DNA of 64,000 bases from a virus (IMGVR_UViG_3300020477_000013:128001-192000); one strand, 5' to 3'; counted from the stretch's first letter, positions 1 through 10,234 are shown. Notes: a model not told the origin generated them from the sequence alone. Numbers and translations: made by a program.

Positions 1-222
1 CAAAAAGCTAAGAAAGCCAAGTATAATAGTGGATATAACGCAGCAAATGGAACATGGGTAAATATGTTTGATGCAGGAATTATAGATCCCCTCAAGGTTG
101 TAAGGTGCGCGTTAGAGAATGCATCTTCTGTTTCTAGGATGTTGATATCTGTTGGGTGTTCTATTACACATGATGAGCTCCACGCTAATCCAGAAGGTTC
201 AGGCCTAGTTTTTTCTAACTAG
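1..222 (+). CDS. groL: Chaperonin GroEL, C-terminal fragment (truncated by window edge)
   Basis: Frame 1 reads ...GYNAANGTWVNMFDAGIIDPLKVVRCALENASSVSRMLI...; matches the GroEL GYNA/AGIIDPxKVxRxALxNA C-terminus; TAG at 220-222. Confidence 0.9.
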   Translation, partial: QKAKKAKYNSGYNAANGTWVNMFDAGIIDPLKVVRCALENASSVSRMLISVGCSITHDELHANPEGSGLVFSN

Positions 223-328
223 GTATGTACTTAGCCTTTGTGGTGCTTATACTTTATCGTAGGTTGAGTTTTTATGTTTAGTTTGCACATTTACTGTGGG
301 TGTTTTTTTTAAACTTATGGAGGTTAAA

Positions 329-568
329 ATGTCCGGAAATGTTGTGCGTTTTTATAATGATGATGAGGTTCGAAAGTTGCCTACAAAGGAGTTGGCTGAC
401 ACGCTATATAAGTACAAGAGAATGTTGTCACGTGATAACTCAGTTAAAAATTTAAATGTCGACAGAAGGAGACTTGAGGTAGAAATTTGTTATTTGCAAC
501 GTGAGCTACAGTCACGTGAAAAGTGGAGTAAATCATTCGCTGAATCAGGCTTCCAAAAAAATCGGTGA
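329..568 (+). CDS. Hypothetical protein
   Basis: ATG at 329 with GGAGG upstream; same frame as track ORF 296..568. Confidence 0.6.
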   Translation: MSGNVVRFYNDDEVRKLPTKELADTLYKYKRMLSRDNSVKNLNVDRRRLEVEICYLQRELQSREKWSKSFAESGFQKNR

Positions 569-595
569 TCACTAATTTAGGAGAAGTAATATCTA

Positions 596-1366
596 ATGTC
601 AGATATACTTGAGACATTTTTTAAAGATGTAAGTAAAACCAACCTTCTTTCACATGCGGAAGAGATTGAGCTATCACAAAAGATAGAGGCTGGTGACAAT
701 GCTGCACGAAACAGGATGATTAAGGCCAACATCAGGTTGGCAATTAGCATAGCTAAGAAGTACCAAAAGAAAGGTTGCGATTTAGAGGATTTGATACAAG
801 AGTCGAATATCGGTTTGATGAAGGCTGTTGATCGTTATGACTGGAGGCGTGGCTTTAAGTTTTCGACTTATGCATGCTGGTGGATCAAGCAAGCGATTCG
901 ACGTCATCTCACATCTCAATCATCTGCGATTAAGCTCCCTTCATATGCACGAGGGCTAATGTGGAAGATTAATAACATGAGACAAGAGTACTCAGACGAA
1001 TTCGGTTCACAACCCTCTAATGAAGAGCTAGCGGACTTGTTAGGCGTTTCAATTAAGACGCTTCGAAATGTGCTCCAGTGCTCTTCATCCATAGTGTCTT
1101 TAGAGGCTACCATAGGTAGAAGTGACGCATCAGGTACTCGCACGCTGGCAGAGGTTATTCCCGATGAATCGCTTGTTTCTGTCGACGATAAAATAGATAG
1201 AGAGATTATTATTCAAGCAATTCGCAGGTCGTTATCTAGTTTGACGATGAGGGAAGAGAAAGTAATCCGACTAAGGTTTGGGATATCAGAAGATCCAGCG
1301 GATGATAGTTCATACCCGATTACTAATGAAGAATTGCTTAGACTGGAAAATAGAGGACGGGCCTAA
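596..1366 (+). CDS. Sigma70-family RNA polymerase sigma factor (regions 1.2, 2, 3, 4.1; lacks the 4.2 HTH)
   Basis: LLSHAEEIEL, ANIRLAISIAKKY, DLIQESNIGLMKAVDRYDWRRGFKFSTYACWWIKQAI, REEKVIRLRFG; AGGAGA RBS. Confidence 0.93.
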   Translation: MSDILETFFKDVSKTNLLSHAEEIELSQKIEAGDNAARNRMIKANIRLAISIAKKYQKKGCDLEDLIQESNIGLMKAVDRYDWRRGFKFSTYACWWIKQAIRRHLTSQSSAIKLPSYARGLMWKINNMRQEYSDEFGSQPSNEELADLLGVSIKTLRNVLQCSSSIVSLEATIGRSDASGTRTLAEVIPDESLVSVDDKIDREIIIQAIRRSLSSLTMREEKVIRLRFGISEDPADDSSYPITNEELLRLENRGRA

Positions 1367-1368
1367 AT

Positions 1369-1665
1369 ATGAGTATGCCGAAGGGTTATAAGAGTGATGT
1401 AGGATATGCTACAGTTGCAAGTGATTTTGGCGGGATGGACTACCGCTCTATTGCTGAGAAAATGAGTGAGGATGGTTATTGCATGAACCATGCAACTGCT
1501 AGGAACGTTTTTTTAAGGGCTATGAAAAAGCTAGCGGTCGTTGTATGCGATCTTCATGACGTGTCTGATGATGACACGATTGAAAGAACCTCCAGAGATC
1601 CTAGGTTTCAGGAAGGAATGATAGATATTGTGACTGATATTTATGAAGACGATATTAGCATTTAG
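1369..1665 (+). CDS. Small HTH protein resembling sigma70 region 4.2
   Basis: MDYRSIAEKMSEDGYCMNHATARNVFLRAMKKL parallels the TLEEIG..LGVSRERVRQIE..AL.KL pattern; starts 2 nt after the sigma stop. Confidence 0.55.
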   Translation: MSMPKGYKSDVGYATVASDFGGMDYRSIAEKMSEDGYCMNHATARNVFLRAMKKLAVVVCDLHDVSDDDTIERTSRDPRFQEGMIDIVTDIYEDDISI

Positions 1666-1675
1666 GGAGATATAA

Positions 1676-2017
1676 ATGGCAATTTCATGGAATTTTTATA
1701 CAAAGAAGAGAAAAGTTAGTGTTACCAAGCTTTTGGCGGAGAATCGAATTACGACGTATGAGGGATTATGCTCATTCTTGAAACTAAAGGGTGTTGCACC
1801 TCCGCCGACTTTTAGCGAGGTCGAGCGGTTCGGTCTAACGAAGCAGGGTGAGCAAGCCACAGGCGACAATAATGCACCAGCGAAGGGTAAAGCCCCTGAG
1901 GAAGTTGAAGTGGTCAACCCTACGGCTGGCGAGTTAGAGGAGTCCAAGGAGGTGAAGCCGTCCAAAAAGAAGGCTCCGTCGTGGAAGAGAAAGAAGCCGG
2001 CTGCTAAAAAGAAATAA
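1676..2017 (+). CDS. Hypothetical protein, Lys-rich C-terminus
   Basis: ORF track; GGAGA RBS; tight packing. Confidence 0.65.
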   Translation: MAISWNFYTKKRKVSVTKLLAENRITTYEGLCSFLKLKGVAPPPTFSEVERFGLTKQGEQATGDNNAPAKGKAPEEVEVVNPTAGELEESKEVKPSKKKAPSWKRKKPAAKKK

Positions 2018-2029
2018 GAGCTTTAAAAG

Positions 2030-2260
2030 ATGAAAAAAGATCTTTTTCTTAAGCCGGGTGAACTAGTCCGGCTTATACCAGGACAGTACTACAGAGTTGG
2101 TAATCTACCCTCCGATATTCCACCCTTTAAGAGATTGAGTGGTGAAACTAACGCCGTCTTGGTAGACTACCAAGGGTCCACAGATGATAGAGACTGCTGG
2201 ACTGTTTTGGCAAATGATGAAATTTTATTCGCATGGGAAGATAGTCTTTCCAGGATTTAA
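2030..2260 (+). CDS. Small SH3/KOW-like hypothetical protein
   Basis: LKPGELVRL start motif shared with the MKVGDLV family in this window. Confidence 0.55.
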   Translation: MKKDLFLKPGELVRLIPGQYYRVGNLPSDIPPFKRLSGETNAVLVDYQGSTDDRDCWTVLANDEILFAWEDSLSRI

Positions 2261-2269
2261 ATAAAAAAG

Positions 2270-2512
2270 GTGATTGATATTATGGTAAATGAAGTTGTAG
2301 TTGAGCTAGTCGAAAAGTTGACGAGAATAGAGGGAGAGCTTAAGTTGCTACAGGAAGAGAAAAAAGACTTATTCGATGACTACAAGGAAAAAATTGACCT
2401 TAAGGCATTTAAGGCAGCGGTTCGCATTGCAAAGATTCGGTCAAGGATGGGTGACTCCGAGGTTGCCCTAGACAATATACTTGATGCAGTGTCCAAGAAA
2501 TTAACCGTCTAA
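2270..2512 (+). CDS. GapR/DUF2312- or T4 DsbA-like small DNA-binding protein
   Basis: VEKLTRIEGELKLLQEEKKDLFDDYKEKIDLKAFKAAVRIAK pattern; start may be ATG 2282. Confidence 0.5.
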   Translation: MIDIMVNEVVVELVEKLTRIEGELKLLQEEKKDLFDDYKEKIDLKAFKAAVRIAKIRSRMGDSEVALDNILDAVSKKLTV

Positions 2513-2524
2513 GGTTTTTTAAAG

Positions 2525-3166
2525 ATGGTATATCGGCCCGTTTTAAAATGGCCAGACCCTCGCCTTAAGGATATCTCCGCTCCAGTCACTGAGTATGGTG
2601 AAGACTTACAGGTCTTGATAAGGGACATGTATGATACCCTTAATGTTGAAATGGGTGTCGGCCTTGCGGCACCTCAAATAGGCATACATCAGCGTGTGAT
2701 TATACTCGACTGTGATGCATTTGATGCTAAAAATCCTGATCCCATGGAAGAAGATGATAGGTTGTGGACGCTTATTAATCCTGAGATTAGTTTGAGTGGC
2801 GATGACGTGACATGGAGAGAAGCATGTCTATCAGTTCCTCTCTATGGAGGCGACGTCCCGAGGAAGACTGCTGTTACGGTTACATATAATGACCGTCATG
2901 GAAGTGAAAAAAAAGTAGAAGTATCATGGCCCCTAAGCGGATGCTTGCAACATGAATGTGATCACCTAGAAGGAATTTTGTTCATTGACCAGATGAATAA
3001 AAGAGAGTCTATGGAGATTCGAAAAAAGATTAACCGCCGGCGCCGAGAGAACAAGAAGGCAGCGCTCAAGCGCAGGCGGCGCCTGCGCGGTGAAAAGAAG
3101 CTGATAGATACCAGGATGTCTCATGGTCCAGGTAAGAGAAAAAAGAGAAAAAAGAGAAAAAAGTGA
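2525..3166 (+). CDS. def: Peptide deformylase with basic C-terminal tail
   Basis: Motifs GVGLAAPQIG, EACLSVP, QHECDHLEG. Confidence 0.95.
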   Translation: MVYRPVLKWPDPRLKDISAPVTEYGEDLQVLIRDMYDTLNVEMGVGLAAPQIGIHQRVIILDCDAFDAKNPDPMEEDDRLWTLINPEISLSGDDVTWREACLSVPLYGGDVPRKTAVTVTYNDRHGSEKKVEVSWPLSGCLQHECDHLEGILFIDQMNKRESMEIRKKINRRRRENKKAALKRRRRLRGEKKLIDTRMSHGPGKRKKRKKRKK

Positions 3167-3278
3167 AAAAAAATCACTTTAGGGGTGTTCTTGACTAATC
3201 TGGTGTCTATTATTAGTACATAAGAGCCTATAGGCTGTTATCGTTTTTGTTTTGTAACTTTATAGGAGAAATAGCAAA

Positions 3279-5150
3279 ATGAGTAAAATTATAGGGATTG
3301 ACTTGGGTACGACGAATTCATGCGTCGCTGTTGTTGAGGGCGGGGAGCCCAAAGTCATTGTTAACGAAGAAGGGAACAGGACGACACCTTCCGTCGTTGC
3401 ATTCGGTGATAATGACACCCTGGTGGGTGTAACGGCCCGCCGCCAGGCTGTTGTAAATCCCGGTAAGACTATCTACTCTGTCAAGAGGTTCATTGGGTCT
3501 AAGCTTAAGGAGGTTGAGTCCGCAGCGGGAAAGGTTGCGTACAACGTTGTATCTGCATCCGGAGGAGATGCACATGTAAAGGTTGGTGATAAGACATATT
3601 CACCTCCTGAGATTAGTGCAAAAGTTCTCCAGAAGCTTAAAAGATCTGCCGAGAAGTACTTGGGTGAGTCCGTTTCTGACGCGGTTATCACTGTGCCTGC
3701 ATATTTTAATGATAGCCAGCGTCAGGCAACAAAGGATGCAGGAAAGATCGCAGGCCTTAATGTTAAGCGGATTATTAATGAGCCTACTGCGGCCGCTTTG
3801 GCATACGGCCTTAATACCACAAGCGAACAACTAATTGCTGTTTATGACTTCGGCGGAGGGACATTTGACGTTTCTGTGCTAGAGGTAGGGAATGAAGTCG
3901 TCGAAGTCTTGTCAACGAGTGGAGACACTTACTTGGGGGGTGATAATGTAGATGAAGTGATCATCGATTACCTCACTGGTGTGTTTAAGCAAGAATCCGG
4001 TATTGATGTGAGTGATGATAGCATGGCTATGCAGAGAGTCCGGGAGGCCGCCGAGAAGGCCAAGATTGAACTCAGTTCTGCACAGCAGGCTGAGGTGAAC
4101 TTGCCATTCCTAACTGCAGATGCGACTGGACCCAAGCATATGGTTCACACACTTACGAGGTCAAAGTTCGAACAACTTGTTGAGCCTGTTGTCGAGAAGA
4201 CGTTTAAGTCTTGTAAGACGGCCCTAAAAGACGCCGGCAGGTCTCACTCCGAGATTGATCAAGTTATCCTCGTCGGGGGCTCTACTAGGATTCCTCTTGT
4301 TGTTAAAAAGGTAGAAGAATTTTTTGGGAAGGCTCCTCACCAAGGCGTGAATCCGGATGAGGTTGTCGCGCTCGGTGCAGCCGTTCAAGGTGGGGTACTT
4401 TCCGGAGACGTAAAAGATGTACTTCTTTTGGACGTTACGCCACTTAGTTTGGGTATTGAGACAATGGGCGCGGTTACAACTAAGTTGATCTCTAAGAACA
4501 CGACCGTCCCTACGAAGAAGTCAGAGGTTTTTTCAACCGCGTCTGATGGCCAATCGCAGGTGGAAATTCATGTCTTGCAGGGCGAGCGTGAGATGGCATC
4601 AGACAACCGAACGCTGGGTAGGTTTACCCTGGACGGAATTCCACCGGCTCCTCGTGGTGTCCCTCAAATTGAAGTCACATTTGATCTAGATGCAGATGGT
4701 GTCCTCAAGGTTTCTGCGGTGGATAAAGCAACAGGAAAGGACCAGGGAATCACAATTCAGGACTCATCCGGCCTTTCGTCGGAAGAGATTGAGAGAATGG
4801 TGAGGGAGGCTGCAAAATTCGAGGCGGAAGACCAGAAGAAGAGGGCAGTTGTTGAGTCAAGAAACAAGCTTGATTCTACGATCCACAGCGCTAACAAGAT
4901 GAAGGTTACAATGAAAGAGCAACTTTCTGAAGATGATATTATCGCAGTGGATTCAGCTATCAGCGAGGCTGAAAAGTATCTCACATCAGACATTACGTCA
5001 GACATTGATGGAGCTGTGGGTGCACTCACGTCAGTTTTGCAGGCACTCACAAAGTCTGTGTATGAAAATGCCACACCTCCCGAGAATTCTGGTGTGAATG
5101 ATACTGATACTCCAGCTGACGATGATATTATTGACGCGGAAGTTGCGTGA
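3279..5150 (+). CDS. dnaK: Chaperone DnaK (Hsp70)
   Basis: [56 protein letters not shown]; 623 aa. Confidence 0.98.
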   Translation: MSKIIGIDLGTTNSCVAVVEGGEPKVIVNEEGNRTTPSVVAFGDNDTLVGVTARRQAVVNPGKTIYSVKRFIGSKLKEVESAAGKVAYNVVSASGGDAHVKVGDKTYSPPEISAKVLQKLKRSAEKYLGESVSDAVITVPAYFNDSQRQATKDAGKIAGLNVKRIINEPTAAALAYGLNTTSEQLIAVYDFGGGTFDVSVLEVGNEVVEVLSTSGDTYLGGDNVDEVIIDYLTGVFKQESGIDVSDDSMAMQRVREAAEKAKIELSSAQQAEVNLPFLTADATGPKHMVHTLTRSKFEQLVEPVVEKTFKSCKTALKDAGRSHSEIDQVILVGGSTRIPLVVKKVEEFFGKAPHQGVNPDEVVALGAAVQGGVLSGDVKDVLLLDVTPLSLGIETMGAVTTKLISKNTTVPTKKSEVFSTASDGQSQVEIHVLQGEREMASDNRTLGRFTLDGIPPAPRGVPQIEVTFDLDADGVLKVSAVDKATGKDQGITIQDSSGLSSEEIERMVREAAKFEAEDQKKRAVVESRNKLDSTIHSANKMKVTMKEQLSEDDIIAVDSAISEAEKYLTSDITSDIDGAVGALTSVLQALTKSVYENATPPENSGVNDTDTPADDDIIDAEVA

Positions 5151-5154
5151 TATA

Positions 5155-5183
5155 GTGTAAACCCTCCCTACGTGTTATATGAT
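5155..5183 (+). promoter_or_regulatory. Promoter GTGTAAA-N16-TATGAT, with an 11-bp inverted repeat (5163-5173/5190-5200) around the -10
   Basis: One of 10 matches to GTGYAAA-N16-TANNAT. Confidence 0.65.
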
Positions 5184-5206
5184 ACTAGTACGTAGGGAGG
5201 ACTATA

Positions 5207-5356
5207 ATGAAAAACAAAAAGAAAAAAATTACGCTACCCCGTAATTGGTACGCTGTACATGCACATTTTCGTTCAGGTGCAGGTTGTCACATTGATAAAA
5301 AAAAGCAAAATTCTAAGCGAGCATGCCGAGGCAAGGTAAAAGACCTTAGGGAGTAA
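5207..5356 (+). CDS. Small basic protein, 49 aa (MKNKKKKITLPRNWYAVHAHFRSGAGCHIDKKK...)
   Basis: Below track cutoff; GGGAGG RBS; fills the gap between promoter and ORF 5361. Confidence 0.7.
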   Translation: MKNKKKKITLPRNWYAVHAHFRSGAGCHIDKKKQNSKRACRGKVKDLRE

Positions 5357-5360
5357 ATAC

Positions 5361-5669
5361 ATGGCAAAGCAATTGCGTCTTCCATTTATCGATAATAATA
5401 AGAAAGATACACAGGTCTTCGAAATCTATAAGCTTGATTCTGCTGTATATCCCTATATCAGGAGGTATCATTCTCATATTAAATTTGTGATAGCTCCTTG
5501 CGCGGATGATGCATCGAATCAAGAGCGCCGTCTTTTTGAAGCGGCTAGGAAAGATAATGCATACCTTGGTATTAAGGAAGCGTCACGTGAGGATGTTATG
5601 ACTCGGTCAATTGTGCTAGAGGGCCAGCTTGAGGCTTGTTATGATGCTATGAAAAAACTAGATAGCTAA
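5361..5669 (+). CDS. Hypothetical protein
   Basis: ORF track; GGGAG RBS. Confidence 0.6.
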   Translation: MAKQLRLPFIDNNKKDTQVFEIYKLDSAVYPYIRRYHSHIKFVIAPCADDASNQERRLFEAARKDNAYLGIKEASREDVMTRSIVLEGQLEACYDAMKKLDS

Positions 5670-5681
5670 ACATTATTATAT

Positions 5682-5758
5682 GCGCCCGTAGCTCAGCTGG
5701 ATAGAGCATCGGCCTTCTAAGCCGAGGGTCACAGGTTCGAATCCTGTCGGGCGTGCCA
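5682..5758 (+). tRNA. tRNA-Arg (anticodon UCU)
   Basis: Cloverleaf; anticodon arm TCGGC-CTTCTAA-GCCGA; GGTTCGAATCC; encoded CCA. Confidence 0.97.
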
Positions 5759-5798
5759 TTTTATTTTTGTTATATGCGTTGGGCGTGAGGCTTCATAC

Positions 5799-6092
5799 AT
5801 GGAACAAGATATTTTAACTAAGGTCAGGATGATTGAAGAAGGTATTGTACCATTTGATTGGCCGGATTGCCATGTAAATGACGGATTGCATAGCATGCCA
5901 GAAGGCCTCCGCCGAAAGGCTCGGAGGAAATTTCGCAAGTTGTGGCGAAAGGCGTTAAAGAAAAAGTCTTCGAATGCTGTTCTTTTTCGCAACCTCGTAA
6001 ATAGTTGTGGTGTAGGTCTGGATGAGAGTAAATTACGTCCCCACCACCGCCGGGCCCGGGCTAAGCTTGTGATAGAATATCTCTACCCCTAA
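5799..6092 (+). CDS. Hypothetical basic protein
   Basis: ORF track; related in style to 59832..60158. Confidence 0.55.
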   Translation: MEQDILTKVRMIEEGIVPFDWPDCHVNDGLHSMPEGLRRKARRKFRKLWRKALKKKSSNAVLFRNLVNSCGVGLDESKLRPHHRRARAKLVIEYLYP

Positions 6093-6124
6093 TTATTCCT
6101 TTTTCATTTTATAAATTTTCCTAC

Positions 6125-6154
6125 CCGCCGACAGGTTAAACTGATCGGCGGTTT
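6125..6154 (+). terminator. Putative intrinsic terminator
   Basis: CCGCCGA-CAG...CTG-A-TCGGCGG followed by TTT. Confidence 0.5.
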
Positions 6155-6163
6155 ATATTTATA

Positions 6164-6760
6164 ATGTTGTGGGAGGATATTAGTATGCATTATAGAAGAT
6201 TAGTAGAGGCAGAGTCCCCGGAGGAGAGATTGATGGAGGTTTCCATACAGAAGGCTCTATCTAGGGCTCCTTTAAGTGTTACTGAGTTAAATCGCTTAAT
6301 GGAAGCAGACTTTGGTACATTAATATCAGAATGGGGCCTGGGCTATGATGAAGCGAACCGTGTTCTATACTGGATGAAAAATGAAACATATCGCATGAAC
6401 GCACAGTCATTATCATTTGGGAAGGTTGATGACTATGACATTCGTGGCCGTCGCCCTGGTTCTCCTGGTTTACTTGAGTCTCGCCGTAGAAAACACCTGA
6501 AGACAAGAATTAGGAATTCTATTAATGAGAGTATGAATCAAGTTTCGAAGTCAGCAAAGTCCCATCCTCTCAACGACCAGTCAGGCCATCATGCAAGGTG
6601 CTGGGGTCATGGGTCCGTTGTGGATCCTGAAGGTTACACCGGGCTCATTCAACAAGGGATTAATTTTACGAAAGGTAAGTCTAAATCTCCCCTAAGAATG
6701 ACCGAAGGTCAACTCCGTAGGGCACTTCGGGCTATTTTAAGGAAAAATATTTCCGGGTGA
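6164..6760 (+). CDS. Hypothetical protein with C-terminal copy of the array helix (MTEGQLRRALRAIL)
   Basis: ORF track; motif similarity to the array leader. Confidence 0.65.
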   Translation: MLWEDISMHYRRLVEAESPEERLMEVSIQKALSRAPLSVTELNRLMEADFGTLISEWGLGYDEANRVLYWMKNETYRMNAQSLSFGKVDDYDIRGRRPGSPGLLESRRRKHLKTRIRNSINESMNQVSKSAKSHPLNDQSGHHARCWGHGSVVDPEGYTGLIQQGINFTKGKSKSPLRMTEGQLRRALRAILRKNISG

Positions 6761-6882
6761 TAGCTTAAGCTATTATAAGCTACATCATTCTTCTTCTGCC
6801 CATAATATGTTGTTAATTAAACAACATTCCTCAAAACCCTATACTTATATTAGGATGGTGGGAGATCGCCGAGGAATGTAGC

Positions 6883-9033
6883 GTGGAGAGTAAAAGAGAA
6901 TATTTAAGGCTAGTTTTTCTTGCTTTGGTACCAACTCTTTTGGTAATAGCATGTCCAGTGAGTGATGGGGGAGGAAAGCAGTCCTCGATAGACGTCCTTG
7001 TTTCACATGACATCCAGGATGTTAATGATGATTTAGACGTGGAACCTGATACACAGGATGTCGGGCCTGACCCATGGGCTTACCCTTTTCCTGGTAATTC
7101 ATGTGTCCAATGTCAGTGGTATTATTGCCCACCCCTCGACTCAGTTTGGCAAAAGCAGATATGCATAGATCACTGTGAGGATCCGCCTGTTGTACTGCAT
7201 GAGGGTGAATGCGAGGAATATTTGCAGTGTGACCCCACACAGCCCACTATGGAGACCGGCATTCCATGTATTACTGATGACGGGTACCCTGGAACCCAGG
7301 ATAAAATTTGCAACAAAGGCCAGATACAGTATACCAATTGCGAGACAGAGTGCTTCGAAGAGCTGTGCAACGGCATAGACGATGACTGTGATGGGGAAAC
7401 AGACGAAGGGTTTGAGGAATATGAGGAGGTTTGTAATAACATCGATGACAACTGCAACGGTGTAGTTGACGAGGGTGAGTGGGAGTGTGATGAAGGTTGC
7501 GGGCCAGCACCGAACCTGTGCGTCGCGGGTGAATTTATCTGCACCGCACCCCTTCCGGAAGAGGAGATCTGCGACGGCCTGGACAATGACTGCGATGGAC
7601 TAACTGACGAAGACCAGCTAAACGCATGTGGCTCCTGCGGCCTAGAACCAGAAGAGTCATGTAATGGTATAGACGATGACTGTGACGGATTTATAGATGA
7701 AGAGTTAATTCAACCCTGTAGCACATCATGTGGCGAGGGTTACGAGATATGTGACGATGGTAACTGGATTTCATGCAATGCGCCCCCTGTCCTGGATGAG
7801 ATCTGTGACGGTCTGGACAACGACTGCGATGGCCAAATTGATGAAGAGCTACAATGTGTATGCACAATCCAGGATGTAGGTACTCTTTTCCCTTGCAGCG
7901 AACCTCCTCTCCTCTGCGGCCAGGGATATAAGACATGCGAGTGCCTAGATTCAGAGTGCAAGACGATTGTCACGACGCCATGTCATGCCATCTGCTATTG
8001 GTTAGCGGATCCCTGGGGGTCAGATCCATCCTGTGATCCTCATGTGGGCATTGCATTGGTGGATGAGAAGTGTAATAACTTTGATGATGATTGTGACCAA
8101 GATATAGATGAAGACCTATTCTCAGGATGCTATACAGGCCCTGAGGGAACCCTGTACGTAGGAATCTGTGAGCCCGGAGAGATGACATGTAGTGCAGGTA
8201 CATGGGGACACTACAGCGATGAATCCCAAAATTTTATTCCAGGATTCTGTAAAGATGAAGTTACCCCCCAACCTGAAATCTGCAACGGTCAGGATGATGA
8301 TTGTGATGGGGAAACTGACTGGGGCGAAGAGCTTAAGGACACCGATGTCCTGTTTATAATAGACTGGTCCGGGTCAATGAGTGATGAGATATCTGCAATT
8401 ATGACGGCACTAAATCAATTTGCAAATAACTTTAAGGATGAGACTGTGATTCACTGGGGCGTTATCCTCGGTCCAAAGCAGGCCCCCAATTTATATGATG
8501 AGCACCTAGAGCTATATCATAACCTCACAGGGTTTACCGACTTCTTAAACGCAATGTCAAGCCTCACATTTACAGGTATGAATACATCAAAGGAAATGCT
8601 TTTAGACGCCTTATACCTTTCATTACAAAATATTAGTGGGAGTACACCATACGCAGTTCCAGATATGACATGGCTTAATTTTGGAGGAATTGTTGATTCG
8701 GCGCCGCCTAAAGATTCTTTCTCTATTGACTGGCGCCCCGGGGCAGATCGCATAATAATAGTATTCACTGATGAAGTTGAGCAGAGCTACCTCTCACACT
8801 CAGATCCTCCTAGCGGAGCGCACGTCTTGGACTCCAGCATTATTATGTCGATGGCACAGGCAACACCACAGCTTAAAATCTACACTTTCGCCAAAAATGA
8901 GGTATGGCAGTGGGATGAAATAGCGAACAAGACAGGAGGGAAGTTCTTCCCCCTCACGAACAAGCCTACTGAGATGTATATTAGCCTTACAGAAATTTTA
9001 GATGAAATATGTAAGGGCGGTAACACCGAATGA
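6883..9033 (+). CDS. Myxococcota-type exported protein: 7 Cys/Asp 'putative metal-binding' repeats plus C-terminal vWA-like domain
   Basis: Hydrophobic N-terminus with Cys; 7x ExC[ND]xxDxxC[DN]; DVLFIIDWSGSM (MIDAS DxSxS) and IIVFTDE. Confidence 0.8.
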   Translation: MESKREYLRLVFLALVPTLLVIACPVSDGGGKQSSIDVLVSHDIQDVNDDLDVEPDTQDVGPDPWAYPFPGNSCVQCQWYYCPPLDSVWQKQICIDHCEDPPVVLHEGECEEYLQCDPTQPTMETGIPCITDDGYPGTQDKICNKGQIQYTNCETECFEELCNGIDDDCDGETDEGFEEYEEVCNNIDDNCNGVVDEGEWECDEGCGPAPNLCVAGEFICTAPLPEEEICDGLDNDCDGLTDEDQLNACGSCGLEPEESCNGIDDDCDGFIDEELIQPCSTSCGEGYEICDDGNWISCNAPPVLDEICDGLDNDCDGQIDEELQCVCTIQDVGTLFPCSEPPLLCGQGYKTCECLDSECKTIVTTPCHAICYWLADPWGSDPSCDPHVGIALVDEKCNNFDDDCDQDIDEDLFSGCYTGPEGTLYVGICEPGEMTCSAGTWGHYSDESQNFIPGFCKDEVTPQPEICNGQDDDCDGETDWGEELKDTDVLFIIDWSGSMSDEISAIMTALNQFANNFKDETVIHWGVILGPKQAPNLYDEHLELYHNLTGFTDFLNAMSSLTFTGMNTSKEMLLDALYLSLQNISGSTPYAVPDMTWLNFGGIVDSAPPKDSFSIDWRPGADRIIIVFTDEVEQSYLSHSDPPSGAHVLDSSIIMSMAQATPQLKIYTFAKNEVWQWDEIANKTGGKFFPLTNKPTEMYISLTEILDEICKGGNTE

Positions 9034-9647
9034 GAAAGGTAGTAGCTGCAGCGATTATAGTGCTCTTAAGTGCAGTGACATGTGTCGGGCATAATCAGGG
9101 ATCGTCTGTTTTCTTTTCCAACGATTATAAGATAATAAGGGGCGGCTCAACCTGCAATCCAGACGGTGACTTTCCTCAAATGATTATCATCCCATTTTTT
9201 GTTCATGCTACACAGGTCGTTAACGATTGTGATGTTTATGCTAAACACAAAGTTGGGCTTGCACTGTTAATATATTACCACAAGTGGGTCGAGGAATTCG
9301 GGGATCCGGATTTCAAGGTTAGAGAAATGCTAGAGAAAGTTATGATTCAATGGGGAGATCAAGTTAAGATTTCCAAAAGGGGGTTCTCTATTGATGGAGA
9401 ACCATTTACAAACAGGAATATTATTGGCCGTGTTATGGGACCTTCGGTGATCTGGGTTTTCAAGGGAAGAGAAAATAAGATATCAGAGACTGCATTAGTT
9501 CATGAATTGGTGCATCTTTCAATCAGGGCCGAATATGGTGAGCATGGAGATCCGGATCATGAAGGAGGAAAGTATGGAGGCTGGTCTGTGGTTCATACTC
9601 ACATGATTCAGGAGGTTAACCAGATGCTGAGGGCTTTTAATATATAG
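9030..9647 (+). CDS. Exported protein with HExxH motif (possible zinc peptidase)
   Basis: Signal-like N-terminus; ETALVHELVH. Confidence 0.5.
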   Translation: MRKVVAAAIIVLLSAVTCVGHNQGSSVFFSNDYKIIRGGSTCNPDGDFPQMIIIPFFVHATQVVNDCDVYAKHKVGLALLIYYHKWVEEFGDPDFKVREMLEKVMIQWGDQVKISKRGFSIDGEPFTNRNIIGRVMGPSVIWVFKGRENKISETALVHELVHLSIRAEYGEHGDPDHEGGKYGGWSVVHTHMIQEVNQMLRAFNI

Positions 9648-9744
9648 TTATCTTTGTGAGATACATGTGTATAATCAACATGTCTTTCGTGTCAAAAGAA
9701 TGTGAAGGTACTAATTATACAAGGCGCAACATGGGAGCTAAGTC

Positions 9745-10194
9745 ATGAGTTTAAATTGGGCAAATAATAATCATAATTACGTTCCAGCGTATCAGATGTC
9801 GGGCCTTCCGTTTGCGACCGGATCCGCCTCTACGTCAGAGCTGGCCAACAACGTTGTCGTAAAGGTCAAATTTCCATACGTGACAAGGTGGATTTATGTT
9901 CGGAATAATGGTTCAGGCGATCTTCGCTTAGGTTTTAGCGAGAATGGTGTTAATGCAAATAATGCAAATACATACAATGTGACAGGTTCAAACAGGAACT
10001 ACATTGTTATCCCTGCGGCCGCGGCCGGTAAATTTAGTCACCTTGGACCCCTGGAGGTTAAGTGTACATCTGTTTATCTCCGGCGCGATGCTAGTACTTC
10101 TACTGGGTTCGAACTCATGGCAGGGTATACTGCTATTCCGGAAAATCAATTCCTTGTACTGACTGGGTCGAATGACTTCCAGGGTGTTGGATAA
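9745..10194 (+). CDS. Hypothetical beta-rich protein, possibly virion structural
   Basis: ORF track; GGGAG RBS; G/S/T/N-rich. Confidence 0.55.
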   Translation: MSLNWANNNHNYVPAYQMSGLPFATGSASTSELANNVVVKVKFPYVTRWIYVRNNGSGDLRLGFSENGVNANNANTYNVTGSNRNYIVIPAAAAGKFSHLGPLEVKCTSVYLRRDASTSTGFELMAGYTAIPENQFLVLTGSNDFQGVG

Positions 10195-10234
10195 TTTTTT
10201 TATAAATCTTATTGTCTCTCTATAGAATTGGCAT

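Noticed and set aside
5729-5992. Minus-strand ORF overlapping tRNA-Arg
   Set aside because: It overlaps a canonical tRNA and a plus-strand gene.
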